This document shows positions 1 through 13,495 of a stretch of 64,000 nt of DNA, in pieces. The notes beneath the pieces are model-generated. The model did not search any database. It was given only the letters and a program-made list of their open reading frames with translations, and was not told the origin of the DNA. Positions within the stretch are counted from its first letter, which is position 1; every line of letters starts with the position of its first letter. Both the position numbers and the translations under genes were made by a program. The stretch is from the human T2T-CHM13v2.0 reference genome, Homo sapiens, in assembly GCA_009914755.4 (NCBI GenBank), contig CP068257.2, positions 23,680,001-23,744,000 of the forward strand, given 5' to 3'.

Positions 1-100
1 TTAAAAAAAAAAGTTTCACAGTAGTTAATTGGGAGAATTGAATCATCACGTAATAACACAGACAAATCTAAATTTTAAAAAAACCTGTGCCCTGTGCAAC

Positions 101-365
<265 letters not shown>

Positions 366-448
366 TCAATTTGTATCGCTTTAAAACAGTGAACTAGCAT
401 AAGTATAGTAGTAAATATAGGCTGTTGTTCTGTTCCTAACTCCAATAA

Positions 449-823
<375 letters not shown>

Positions 824-861
824 TAAAATAAATTTCAATGACTTATCAAGAATCTCCTTCC

Positions 862-1167
<306 letters not shown>

Positions 1168-1989
1168 GTCTCCTTCCTAAAACTGACAATCAAGGAATTT
1201 TCTTCATCAAAATTTTTGTCAAGAATATATCCCATTGGTCTTTCTCTTTGAGTACTGAGTGAAATTCTAGTCGGCTGACTTCCAGAAGAAAACTATCAGG
1301 ATAGAGCAGGTAGATTCTGGTGAGAAGTAACACTCAGAGAAAGGAAGACATACAATGTGATTAAACCTTTAGCAGCTTTTGGCCTGGGGCCAGATGCAGT
1401 CCCTGTGGAACACAGGACAACAGAGGAAACTACGGAAAAAAACAGTATGTTCTAATGTGGAGAAGCAGAACACAATCTAAGGAAAGCACAGCTGCTGGAA
1501 GGAGTGGAAGAATCTTAGAAGGTACAGAGTCAGAAAGAGAATACTCATATTTGTCTGCCATGTCAGTCTCTGGCAACTCGTGACCCAAAACGTGCAAAAC
1601 AGACTCAAAGCAGCTCAGCTACAGACAGAAGATCTTATCTGAGACCAGGGCTGCCGCTCAAGTGTTTGCAGTTCAAATCCAATCAATGTAATATCTTCAG
1701 AAGCAATGGGAAGGACACTCATCCGAGAAACGTAACAGAATCCAGTGTTTCTGTTCTTACACTCAAAATGTCCAGTATATAATCTTTCAGAATTATGAAG
1801 AACTAAGAAAATGGAACACATTCTCAAAACAAAATCTAATGTTTTCAATCTCAAAATAACTCATGTTAGAACTAGTGGACAAGAATTTTAAAGTAGCTGT
1901 TATAATTCCCTTAATGAAGTAAAATAAAATATGTTTGCAATAAATGAAGGATAGAAAATTGTAGCAGAGAAATAAAAACAATAAAAAAG

Positions 1990-3140
1990 AGCAAAAGAAA
2001 TTCCATAAACAAAATATACAATATCTGAAATAAAAATTTTACTGCAGGGACATAGTATTCAAATGGGGATGACAGAAGAAAGAATAATTAAACTTACAGA
2101 CAGATCAATAGAAATTACACAATGCGAAAAAGAGAAAACAGGATGAAAAATAATGGACACTTTCTTACTGACCTATGGGATAATATCAAATGCTCAAACA
2201 TATGTCTAACAGGAAATCTAGAAGAAAAAAGGAGAAGGAATATGAAAAAATATGTAAAGAAATAATGGCCAAAAATTTCTCAAATTTAAAGTAAAACAAA
2301 TTTACATATTCAAGATATTTAATGAGCCCTGAGTACATTAAACACAAAGCCATACTGAGACGTATTATAATTAACCAGTTGGGTAGAAGTAATTTTGAAA
2401 ATGGAATGAGAAAAGCAATGAGAAAGCAGAAAAGGAAAAACACATTACAGAGAAGGAGAGTAATTCAATGTTATGGAATTGTGGAAGCCAAAAGCAAATA
2501 GAATGAAGTCTTCAAAGTGTTCACAGAAAAAAAGCCTGTCAACTAGAATTCTACATCCAATGAAAATATAGTTCAAAAATAAAGGCAGAACTTAACAAAG
2601 AATGAAATCCTGCCATTTGTAACAACATGGATGGGCCTGGAGGGCATTATGCTAAGTGAAATAAACCAGACATAGAAAGACAAATACCGCATGATCTCAT
2701 TTATACATGGAATCTACAACAGTCTAACACAGAGAAGCAGAGAGTAGAATTGTGGTTGCCAGGGGCTCGGGGAAGGAGGAAATGAGGCAGTGTTGATCCA
2801 AAGGTAAAAAGTTCCATTCACGCGAAAGAAAAAAGTTCTGGAGATCTACCATAAAACGCAGGGTCTATGATTAACAAACGGTATTGTATTATATTCTTAA
2901 AATGTGCTAAGAGGATAGATCTTATGTAACCTTATTACAAAAGGGGAAAAAGAAAACAAAGTGGGCAGATGGAAACTTTGGAGTTGATGTATAAGTTTAT
3001 GGCATTGTTGGTGATGATATTTGATGGTTTTACAAGTGTGTCCTTATCTCCAAACAATCAAGTTTTATATATTAAATATCTATAGCTTTTCATATGGCAA
3101 TCGTACCTCAGTAAGTCATTTTTAAAAAAGAATAAAGGCA
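1990..3140 (+). mobile_element. Ancient L1-family fragment (L1M or HAL1-like): ORF1-like segment joined to an old-type L1 3' end
   Basis: The translation contains L1 ORF1 motifs ('LTDLWDNIKCSNI...GNLEEKRR', 'ILHPMKISFKNKG'). This is followed by the characteristic old L1 3'-end motif 'atgctaagtgaaataaaccagacatagaaagacaaataccgcatgatctcatttatacatggaatc...gtggttgccaggggctcggggaagg' and an A-rich end near 3140. Confidence 0.55.
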
Positions 3141-3399
3141 GAATAAAAACATTTTATAGAAAATAAAAGATTATTGCCAGCAGATCTGTTAAGAAATGAC
3201 AAAGGAAGGTTCAGAATGAAAGGAAATGAAACCATATGGAAACTCAAACGCTGAGAAAGGAATATAGAACATGGGAAATGGTATCTGGGTTAACGAAAAA
3301 AGTTTGTTTTGCTTTATTTCTCTTAATTTCTTTATAATACATATAATTGCTTAAACCAAACATTATAATATTTTCTTAAAGGATTTATAACATGTTAAA

Positions 3400-4200
3400 A
3401 TGCAATATATATAACAACTACAGAATAAAAACTGGGGAGGGAGTCTGATATGGACCTATATGATTTCAAGGTTTCCACATTATGTAAAGTAACATTAACT
3501 GTAAGTAGATTGTTAAGGATATATATTGTAACCTCTATTTCCACCACTTAAAAAGTGACAGAAGACACATAGCTGGAAGGTCAACAGAAAAATCAAAATG
3601 GATTTCTGACATTTCTAAATAATAAAAAGGCAGGAAAAAATAGAAGGAAAAACAAAGTAGATAAATAAAAAAAATAAAGTAGCTGTATTAATGCCATATA
3701 ACAGAGATTTCAAGTCAAAAGTTATTACTAGTGACAAAGAAGCTATTTCATAGAAGTAAAAGGATCAATTCATTAAAAAGACATGATTAAAAAGTGTATG
3801 TTTTTAATATCACAGCAGGAACATACAAAAGTGAAATTTAACAAATTAAAGGGAGACATAGACAAATCCACAGAGTTGGCGATTTGTTAAATTTCTCTGT
3901 TAGCAATTGATAGATCAGCTAGAAATCAGCAAAGATACCGAAGATATGACTAACACTCTCAAGCATATTGACCAGAATATTTGTGGCTAAATTTACATTT
4001 TCAGGATAAAGGATGATATATCAGAATCAGGTCTTAATGGTGGTCATATTAATTTGTAATTGTTTATTTCTAAGTATATCAATAGATTATATATTTCTAC
4101 TCTAGTATTTCAAAAGCATCCAAAGCATTTTCAAGAATTAGAAATTGTCCATTCTAACAAATGAAGCATAGATGATACCATAACTGTCATTCCACATATT
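3400..4200 (+). mobile_element. Further ancient L1 fragments (3'-end-like at about 3400-3560, ORF2 endonuclease-like at about 3590-4200)
   Basis: The translation around 3600-4000 resembles L1 ORF2 endonuclease ('...KSKVITSDKEA...VKGSIH*KDM...KLKGDIDKSTE...'). It is strongly degraded. Confidence 0.35.
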
Positions 4201-4224
4201 ACAGAGAGCAGTTTGGAATGTGCG

Positions 4225-4375
4225 CTCTGAGGCCAAGTGTACTTAAGTTAAGTCCCATCTCTGGCCCTTCTTAGTTACACAGCTTGGGTGTATCACTTAA
4301 TCTCCCATGATTCTTCACTTTCTCTTCTGAAAATGGAGATAATGATAGCCTCTATCTCACAGAGTTAAGCAAGAA
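4225..4375 (+). mobile_element. MIR SINE fragment
   Basis: 'ttagttacacagcttgggtgtatcacttaatctc...ctgaaaatggagataatgatagcctctatctcacagagttaagc' matches the MIR core ('...cctcagtttcctcatctgtaaaatggggataata...'). Confidence 0.45.
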
Positions 4376-5045
4376 TATTAAAATCAAACTGTTATCGTGG
4401 TCACTGTGTCATTATCAAAAATGGAAGCCAAATTTGCTTTGCATCTCAGTAAATAAATGAATTTTCGTTTGAAAAGTGCAAATAAATCAAACTTGAGATG
4501 ATCACAAGGAGCCTCTTAACACTGTTGAAACCACTGGAGGTTTATCCTGCAAAGCTATTTAGATTAAATCTGAAAAGTTCAAATCTTTACACCAAAGCTG
4601 AACCCCATATGGTTCAGGAGTCTTTGCCTGAAAATACATATGCTTAAGTAGAGTTTTCAATTTGTTTCTTTTTGAAATTCGTACAGTTTCCCCTCAATTG
4701 CACCCAAATGTTTTTCATTTCCTTCTCCAGGTTGACAAAGAATATTGATTTTGGTCATAACAGAATTCTCTCCAGAGAGGTCAGAGAGGTTCTTGTTGAT
4801 ACTGTCTGATTTAAATTTCATTTAAGCTGCTTGTTTTTTTAGGCATTAAATAAAAGAAATTATCTATAGCCAGGAAGAGGGTGTAAAAAGGTGACACAAG
4901 TTAAGACCACCTGCCTCCTGACAGAACTGAAGTTTAAAGTGGATTTTTTCTTTGAGTAGACTTTCAATCAAGTAATATCCAGTTTTAAAATAACTTATCC
5001 AAAATCTTTGATATTTTTCATTATGTTTTCCAAAATTGACAAACG

Positions 5046-5170
5046 TTAGAGTATAAGAGTTTAGGTAGAATTATTTAGAGTTAGAGTTAGGTACAATTAT
5101 TTAGACTTAGAGTACAAAAGTTAGAGTACAAAAGTTAGAATACAAAAGTTTAGGTACAATTATTTCCTTT
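5046..5170. repeat. Imperfect minisatellite-like tandem repeat with units of 14-21 bp
   Basis: It contains 'agagtacaaaagtt' three times and 'taggtacaattattt' three times, interleaved with 'agagttagagtt'. Confidence 0.7.
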
Positions 5171-5699
5171 GATACTAATTCAAAAAGTCTTCTTGAATAA
5201 GATACGTTTTGTTAACATTTTTCTTTTCTAGTGTTTTCTTATTGTAATGCACTCATGAAAGAGAAATATTCAACTTAAACTTTCAGAGGAAAAAAAAGCT
5301 TAAACAAATATGATCAATCTTTATGTGTGTCAAGAAGCCTCTTAAAATTACCTTTAAGCCATATGAAAAAGACGAACTATACAAATACTTGTTTCTCATT
5401 TCAAATAAACTTGTTTAACAAACTCATTTTATTGTTTATTTTCTCAATCATGATGTTTGATTGATTTAATTTGCATGTCCATTTCATAAAGCATGAGTGT
5501 TCATACTGAAACAATGCTTACCAAGGACAAAGAGCATTTTCTCATCATAACTGGTGAACTCCCACCATAAAGCCAAAAATGAAGGAAACTGAGATCTAAA
5601 AATCAGGTATCATTAAAATAATAACAGAGTAAGAGAGCTTCCTATGATATGTAAAAATGTAACATACTTTTTTCTTAAAATTACTTTAAAAATACTCCT

Positions 5700-5993
5700 G
5701 GCTGGGCACGGTGACTCACGCCTGTAATCCCAGCACTTTGCGAGGCCGAGGCAGTGAATCATGAAATTAGGAGTTCAAGACCAGCCTGGCCAATATGGTG
5801 AAACCCCGTCTCTATTAAAAATACAAAAAATTAGCTGGGCATAGTGGTGGGCGCCTGTAATCCCATCTACTCAGGAGGCTGAACCAGGAGAATCACTTGA
5901 ACCTGGGGGCGGAGGTTGCAGTGAGCTGCCGCGCCGCTGCACTGCAGCCCGGGCAACGGAGCGAGACTCCGTCTCAAAAAAAAAAAAAAAAAA
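5700..5993 (+). mobile_element. Alu (AluS or AluY-like) with an 18-nt pure A-tail
   Basis: Starts 'ggctgggcacggtgactcacgcctgtaatcccagcactttgcgaggccgagg' and ends 'gcccgggcaacggagcgagactccgtctcaaaaaaaaaaaaaaaaaa'. Confidence 0.9.
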
Positions 5994-7799
5994 CTCGTAT
6001 TTCAACATCAAACATGTCATGTATTAGCTTTCAGGGAAATGGTTGTGTTGAAGATGAAGGTTCAGCTTCACTTACAATGGCAGAGTTTGGTGTCTATGCA
6101 AAATGCCACATAGATTTGTCTTTTTAAATAATTTCAAAACTGTTTACGATTTGATTTGTACTGCCATCTAAATCCATAGCAATTATTCCACAATCAATTA
6201 TAATAATGAAAGAAAACTGTGAAATGTAGATGAACATGAACATAGCTTCAAATGCTGTAGGTAATTACAGAAACTACGTAAGTGAAGATAAAATGCTTCT
6301 GCTGTCATTTACTCATGATTAGCTATTAAAACATCCCGCTAGGTGTTACCCAAATATTGCAATGGGTACTTGCCAAGTCAAGACTAAGCTATCTCTAATA
6401 GTGGCTCACATATGTTAATAAAAAGCCTAAGAGTAAAACCTACACTTGTAAACTGAAAGGGATTTATATTTTATTTCAGTGTGTAGTATATATTAATATT
6501 AATTTATGTTAATTATTAATATGTTAATTTAAGAAGGCAAAGAAAAGTTACCATTTACTAAGAATTTTATTAAATCTTAGTTCTCCTTAAATGAGAAAGG
6601 ATGTCAAATAGCCATGCTGAATTACTTTAAAGTAAAAGACTCATCTCCCTGCACCAGTAATGTACTTTGTTCCATCCTAGATTTCACAGGCTAAACTGAT
6701 TAGCAGCTCACCAGGAACTGTGAGAATTATTCAAAAGAACTAGAAGAGAGAAAACTCGATGTTGTGAGAAGGTCACATAAAGAACAATGAATTATACTTA
6801 GGAACTTTGCATCCTAGAGCTCATAAAATGAAAAAAAACTCCATTGCTTTTTCTCTCAGCTCAGTGAGGGGGATACTTTATCAAACATTTCTGAAAGTAA
6901 GACATCCTGCTGGCTTTATTTTATTAAACAAGGAATAAAACACATTGCTTTATTAGAGTTGTTTCAAGAATGCATCAAAGCTGTGGGCTCTCAAGACAGA
7001 AATCAAAGACTAAAAAAAAAATCGCATCTGCTGTATATTCCCCCAAAAAATATATTTGACTATAATTAATGTAGAATTGAAAGACAACTTGTAGAAATAT
7101 GAAGAAATCACGTGCCAAAGTGATTATACATTTAACTTTCCCATAACCATAACATCATGATATCCTGGCCATGGAGAAGTTTATCTTCCTCATTATATAA
7201 TGGTATGATAATTGTTGAGAAATAACATCTGGGAAATTTAAGAGCTCTCAATGAATCATATACTCAATCTGGGTGACTTTTCCCATTGGAATTTATCAGA
7301 TTACACCTATATCTGAATCATCATTTTATTCAGCTGGGTTACAAATGTGACTTCAAGCAAGAATGATTTCAGTCCCATTTTCTCTCTGAAAAAGTAAAGA
7401 GTTCTGAGCAGGCAGCAGATCACACATCGGGCTGTGTGCTGCTCTGAAGACTTGGAGAGACTGCCAGATTGTGGGTCCCAGAGGCAAAATTAATTCACTC
7501 CCACAGCCATGGCTGCTCAAGTATTTCCCTGGCTTGTGGTCCTGCCTAGTCTCTTCCCAATCCCACCCTGGTGAGGCTGAAGCCATGTGTGGGGATTCTC
7601 ATCTCCCATTTTGTTAGCTCATCTCTATCAGACATATTTTTCAATTTGGCATATAAAAAGATAATAAAATAAAAAGAGAAATAAGTAGTTCATACTTTTT
7701 ACCTCTATCTCTGTAACCTTAGGACAGTGATCATGGTATGGTTATAAATACTCCATTAGTAGGCCAGGCAATGCAATGTCACAGTGAAGAATATATGCT

Positions 7800-8020
7800 C
7801 TGAATTTACACAGATCTTAGAATCTTCTCTGTCACTTACCAACTATATTTGAAGCAAGTACATTAACTGCTCTGTGCTCAGTTTCTTAACTTGCAAAATG
7901 AGGATAATGAGGGTACCTAATTTAAAGTGTTGAGAGTTAAATGAGAATGTTAGTAAAATTCTAAAAAGAATGTTTGCACACACTAAATGTTCAATAAATG
8001 TTAGTCATTATTATCATTAT
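7800..8020 (+). mobile_element. MIR SINE fragment, followed by a short (ATT/ATA)n low-complexity run at 7980-8045
   Basis: 'gctctgtgctcagtttcttaacttgcaaaatgaggataatgagggtacctaatttaaagtgttgagagttaaatgagaatgtt...gcacacactaaatgttcaataaatgtt' is the MIR core plus tail. Confidence 0.45.
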
Positions 8021-9849
8021 TATTAATTATTATGATAATGATAGTCAAAGGCTAATATATGAATATCAATATTACTAGGTAGGAAACTGAGGTTAAAAGT
8101 CTTCAAGAAAAAGTCAATGTGTCAAGGAGATGACTGAGAAAAAGAAATACAACAATAATGGGGACAGAAACAAAGAAAAAAGAAAGAAAAACTGTAAGAA
8201 AGGTCATAGGTTACATGGCTAAAAATATTCCAACTCAAAAATTTCAGTTACAGTTCTTAGATTTCCACTCTGAGGCCAAAACATACCAACCAACTCTTCG
8301 GATAGTCGATCCACTCAGTTATTCAGCACACAGCCACTTCATCTTGTTTAAGGCCATCAAAAGAATGAGCTAGAGGGATTAGAATCTAAAGTAGAGCACT
8401 GCCTCTTGTGAATTACATTCAGAGGAATAAGAACCATGGAAGAGTAGGCATGGATTGACAAGACCTTCTGGCCAAATGAAAACCCTGAGTAGAAAAAAAG
8501 AGTAACAGTACAAAAATAAATAAATAAAATTTTAAAGAAGTTGAAGAGAGTGAAAACAAAAACAAATAAGCAAACAAGGTCAGAGGGACAGGGCAAAAGA
8601 TCACAGTGTCCCCCCTGGTATTCTGTTGTTTGAAGAATTGAAGACAAGCAGGTTGCATCAGAAAGGGGAGAGTATTTTTTTCCCACGAAGTATAATAAAT
8701 GCCTCAAACTTCTGGGCTCAAGCGATCCACTTGCCTCAGCCTTGCAAGTAGCTGTCATTCTGAGGGGCTTCAAAAAACAAAGAAAGTGTGACCTATCTAC
8801 TCAACACTACCAACTAACTCTTCCTTAGACTCAGACTCCAACAATCAAAAAGTAGGCTGATACAACTTCTGCTAAATTTATCTGCTCCTACTGCTCCCAT
8901 GATAATGTCTTCTATGTTATACTTTCTTTAATTTTCACCACTGATTCATTGCCTTTATTCATAAACTTACTACTACCTGATATTAAAAAATGAATATGTA
9001 TTTACAAATCAAATAAGTTCAATTAAAGAGTATAATGACTACATGTCATATGCCAATGTTGAACTATGGATGTTTCAACACTTCAAATGGGCCAGCAGCC
9101 TCTACATAGCCTCAAACACCTTTAGCAGATGAACTTTAAAACCCACTAGGAAGTAGAGATGAGTCCTGATTTGGACTGTGCACTTTCCCTTTTGAACAAC
9201 AGCACTGAATTCAGGCTTGTGAACAATACCTGCCAGCAAAGTCATGAGCTAGTAGCCAACTGAAGTCCTATCTTTGGGCCCCACTGAATCATGAGGGAGG
9301 CACAGAATGTTCTATATCCCATTAGCCACATGGGCTATTTCAAGTGCAGAAGCAACAAAGGGTATGTGGCAAACACAACCTCAAAAATGCATCCAACCAG
9401 TTATGCCAATAACAAACTATCACAAATCTCAACTGCTATCTCTGCAAATTCAATAGACTGACTCTAGTCACACAATCCAGCAATGAATGATTCCGTCAGC
9501 ATGGTAACAACAATGCCTTAAATTTGTAAAGCTCTTCATGGTAACTCATTTTCCCAAATCTCCTTTGATTCTCATTCTTGAGATGACATGTAAGCAGTGA
9601 AGCTTTTCTTAAACTTCTAAATTCATTATTTCCTTATTTAATTTTCATTCCAACTTGGAGTTTTACAAAACCATATGGTCATCTCAATCCAAGGTAGCTA
9701 GCATTAGCCTATGCCTCAAGTTACGATTGACAATAATTTGCTTCATGTCAGATTTCACTTCACTAAAGCAGGACTACAAAGAGCTATATTTACTATATGA
9801 CCAGAAAAATTTAAAGTCATTGCAACCTTTAAAAAATTATAGTTATGAT

Positions 9850-10303
<454 letters not shown>

Positions 10304-11554
10304 CTACATCACTGTGATGTTTGAAAACAATAAGCATATTATCTCAAACCATTTTACATTTAATGACACTAAGAAACAAGTAAAGAAATGCTGAAATCTT
10401 GAACTAGGATCATGTTCATTACAAAAATGTCAATCACTGGGTGAAAAGTGTGGTTCTCCAGGCAGATGTTTAGAACCCTCAACAGAATGAACTTTTAGGA
10501 CAGGATTTTGGACAACTTTGTGTCTTTACATCAACCATTGAGTATGAAAACATCTATTGACCTATAGCCTAACTTGGAAATACAAGAGTTCACACAAATA
10601 TACGACCCCGGTAAGTTGGATAGGCTTGAAAGCTTAGGAGGCAAAATAAATAAAATGGAGTAATTATAGGGACAAATGCTTTATCTCCCACTGCCAACCA
10701 AAAACAAATTTATAAATTGTAGGAGGAAATGTCAATTAAGGTAGTGTCTATCTCCCACTCTGCACATAGTTTTTTATACAACAATGAGCAGCGGATGTGA
10801 ATGGAAAATGCATGCTGCACAGAAAGAACGGGCATCCAGCAGAAGGGCTGCTCCCAAAAGAAAAAAAAATTGTAGAAACAATACCATGGTAAATGCTTAA
10901 AAAATATTTTGCTTTCTGCCTCTTCTTTTCTCATTCCTGCTACCTCCCACTTCCACCTCTCATACCAACATCTTCATCAGCTTTTGTTTTCATTTTGTGT
11001 AACAAAAGCCAGGGAAGAATAGTGGAAATTGTTATGTAAATGCAAAAAAATGTTCATTTTCAATTAGAGGTGACATTACCCTCCAAATTCCAACTGGATC
11101 TGATTCAAAAAGCAAGAGAAGAAGGGGAGAAAGGAGCTTAATTGAAATATAAAATTGAGAGAGGATATAAATTGTACCTTTTCTTTTCAACAAGGGCTGA
11201 ATTTACATTTTTTAAAAGTCAAAACAGCTAACATTTTGGCAAACAAGCTGTTTCTGTTTTTGCTCAACTATCATGAAAAGCAATGCAGAGCAGAAGTTGC
11301 TTTCTGTATAAAATATGGTAGATTGAAAAATGTTTACAATCCAAAGGCATATTCTGAAACTACCATGATATAGAGTCACATAACCTGGAGTTAAGGATCC
11401 TACATTCCCCTCTCTACTCTGCTGCTATCATTGACTCAGATTCTTCTATATTGCTAAACTAGTCTCCTAGTTTACAAGCTAGTCATCCTTTAAAGTTCCA
11501 TTGATTCTGACAGGCCATGAACAAAGACAATGTCTTTTCTGCTTCCTTTATAAG

Positions 11555-11690
11555 AGGCAGTATAACTTAGTGGTTCAGGTCTCTTACCTTACAGCTCAGG
11601 ATGTCAATGCTTCTATTTATTCCAATCACTTATTAGCTGTATAGTCTTAGACACACCTATCCCTCATGTATTCATCTGTAGAATCAAAAA
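11555..11690 (+). mobile_element. MIR SINE fragment
   Basis: 'cttattagctgtatagtcttagacacacctatccctcatgtattcatctgtagaatc' resembles the MIR '...ttagctgtgtgaccttgggcaagtcacttaacctctctgagcctcagtttcctcatctgtaaaatg'. Confidence 0.35.
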
Positions 11691-12771
11691 CATTATTATA
11701 TGATGTTACATGTAAGGGTCATATAAGCAAAGTTACCCCCAGATGCATAAGGAGCCAAGAAACCAAAGAATGAAGCAAACAAATCTAGTTTGTTAGTAAA
11801 TGCTGATTTATTAGGTAAACTTACAGACAGAAGTGGTCTTGGGTGGCCGCAAGACAGGTTGATTTCTGTACTGAAAGACCTCAGACCCAGGACTTATATC
11901 TCAAGGAAACAGCATATGTTCTCTGGAAGGAATGTGTAAGTAACTGCTGTGGGCATCACAGCCTACAATGTATGCAACATCAAAGTTTGTTTCGGAGGAA
12001 AGCCAAAACTTACAGTGAATAGGTATTTCTACACAAAGAGTAATATATTAACTAGACATTTCGGAGGCATTCCTGAACTTGGGGTTTGTTAGGAGTCACA
12101 TGATGGATTCTCATCTTAAACTGAATCACTCTTGTCCCCATATACAGACTTAATTATCCATAAGATAATTTAAAAATTAGTGAATAGCTTCGATATGCCA
12201 AAAGCTGCTCTAAGCACTGGAAATACTGTGATCAAAAAGAACGCAAGTCCTTGACCTGTAAACTTAGATTCTAATTAACAAAGAAGGAAACAAGATAATT
12301 TTCATGATGAGATATGTGCTATGAGTAAAATCAAAGGAATGATGTGTAAAAAAGTGACTGAGTGAGGAAGGCGTTGTAGATGGCATGGTCAGAGATGACA
12401 TCTAAAAGGAAGTGACACTTGATACCTGACAAATGGTTTGTGGAAGCCAGCCAAGCCTAGAACCTAGAAGAGAGTATTTTAGGCAGGTGGATCATAAGGT
12501 ACAAAGGTCCCAGGGGTTGTAGGAACTTGACTTTTAGAAAAATACAAAAGGCCAGAGCAAAATAAGCGATGGAACAAATAGTGGGTAAGATGGCCCAAGC
12601 CCTCAGCCTGGGCAGTGGAGACTGGGCTGGAGGTAGACTGTGCTTGAAAAGCTTAGGGACTTATGTGGATGTCCTCTATTTCCCTCTCTCCATGCTTCTC
12701 CTTCCTACTTTGTGACCAGGAGGCTGACTTCCACTCCAATGAAAGGATCCTTTTCACTTGGGTTCAGCCAG

Positions 12772-13495
12772 TATAGGTATACTAGGCTATTCTTGCATTG
12801 CTATAAAGAAATACCTGAGACTGGGTAATTTATAAAGAAAAGAGGTTTAATTGGCTCACAGTTCTGCAGGCTGTACAGGAAGTATAGCGGCAACTCCTTC
12901 TGAGGAGGCTTCAGGAAGCTTCCAATCACGGCAGAAGGCAAACAGGGAGAACAGGCACATCACATGGTGAAAGCAGGAGCGAGCAAGAGGAGAGGCGCCA
13001 CACACTTTTTTTTCTTAATTGAGATGGAGTCTTTCTCTGTCCCCCAGGCTGGAGTGTAGTGGCGGGATCTCGGCTTACTGCAACCTCCGACTCCTGGGTT
13101 TAAGTGATTCTCCTGCCTCAGCCTCCTGAGTAGCTGGGATCATAGGTGCCCACCACCACGCCTGACTAATTTTAATATTTTTAGTAGAGACAAGCTTTCA
13201 CTATGTTGGTCAGTCTAATCTTGAACTCCTGGCCTCAAGTGGCCTGCCTGCCTTGGCCTCCCAAAGTGCTAGGATTACAGGCATAAGCAACTGAGCCCAG
13301 CCAATGCAACACACTTTTAAACAACTAGATCTCATGAGAACTCAATTACTATCACGAGGAAAGCATCAAGGGGATGGTGCTAAACCATTAAGGAGAAATC
13401 CTCCCCCATGATCCAACCAAGCCCCACCTCCAATACTGGTAATTACAATTCAACATGAGATTTGGGTGGGGACACATATCCAAACCATAGCAATA
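12772..13495 (-). mobile_element. MaLR solo LTR (MSTA or THE1-type) in minus orientation, interrupted by an Alu insertion
   Basis: The reverse complement matches the MST/THE1 LTR. The left part, '...ctataaagaaatacctgagactgggtaatttataaagaaaagaggtttaattggctcacagttctgcagg...ggcgccacacactttt', is the complement of the LTR 3' half. The right part, 'aaacaactagatctcatgagaactcaattactatcacgag...tacaattcaacatgagatttgggtggggacacatatccaaaccatagca', is the complement of the LTR 5' half, which begins 'tgatatggtttgg...'. Confidence 0.8.
13006..13302 (-). mobile_element. Alu nested inside the MaLR LTR, with a target-site duplication of about 12 bp ('acacacactttt')
   Basis: Starts 'ttttttttcttaattgagatggagtctttctctgtcccccaggctggagtg' and ends 'cccaaagtgctaggattacaggcataagcaactgagcccagcc'. 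The flanks read 'gcgccacacactttt' on the left and 'caacacacttttaaac' on the right. Confidence 0.85.

Noticed and set aside
8697-8760. Short Alu-like match ('cctcaaacttctgggctcaagcgatccacttgcctcagcc')
   Set aside because: It is only about 60 bp and resembles the Alu left-monomer region in reverse complement. That is too short and diverged to call confidently as a FLAM or FRAM element.
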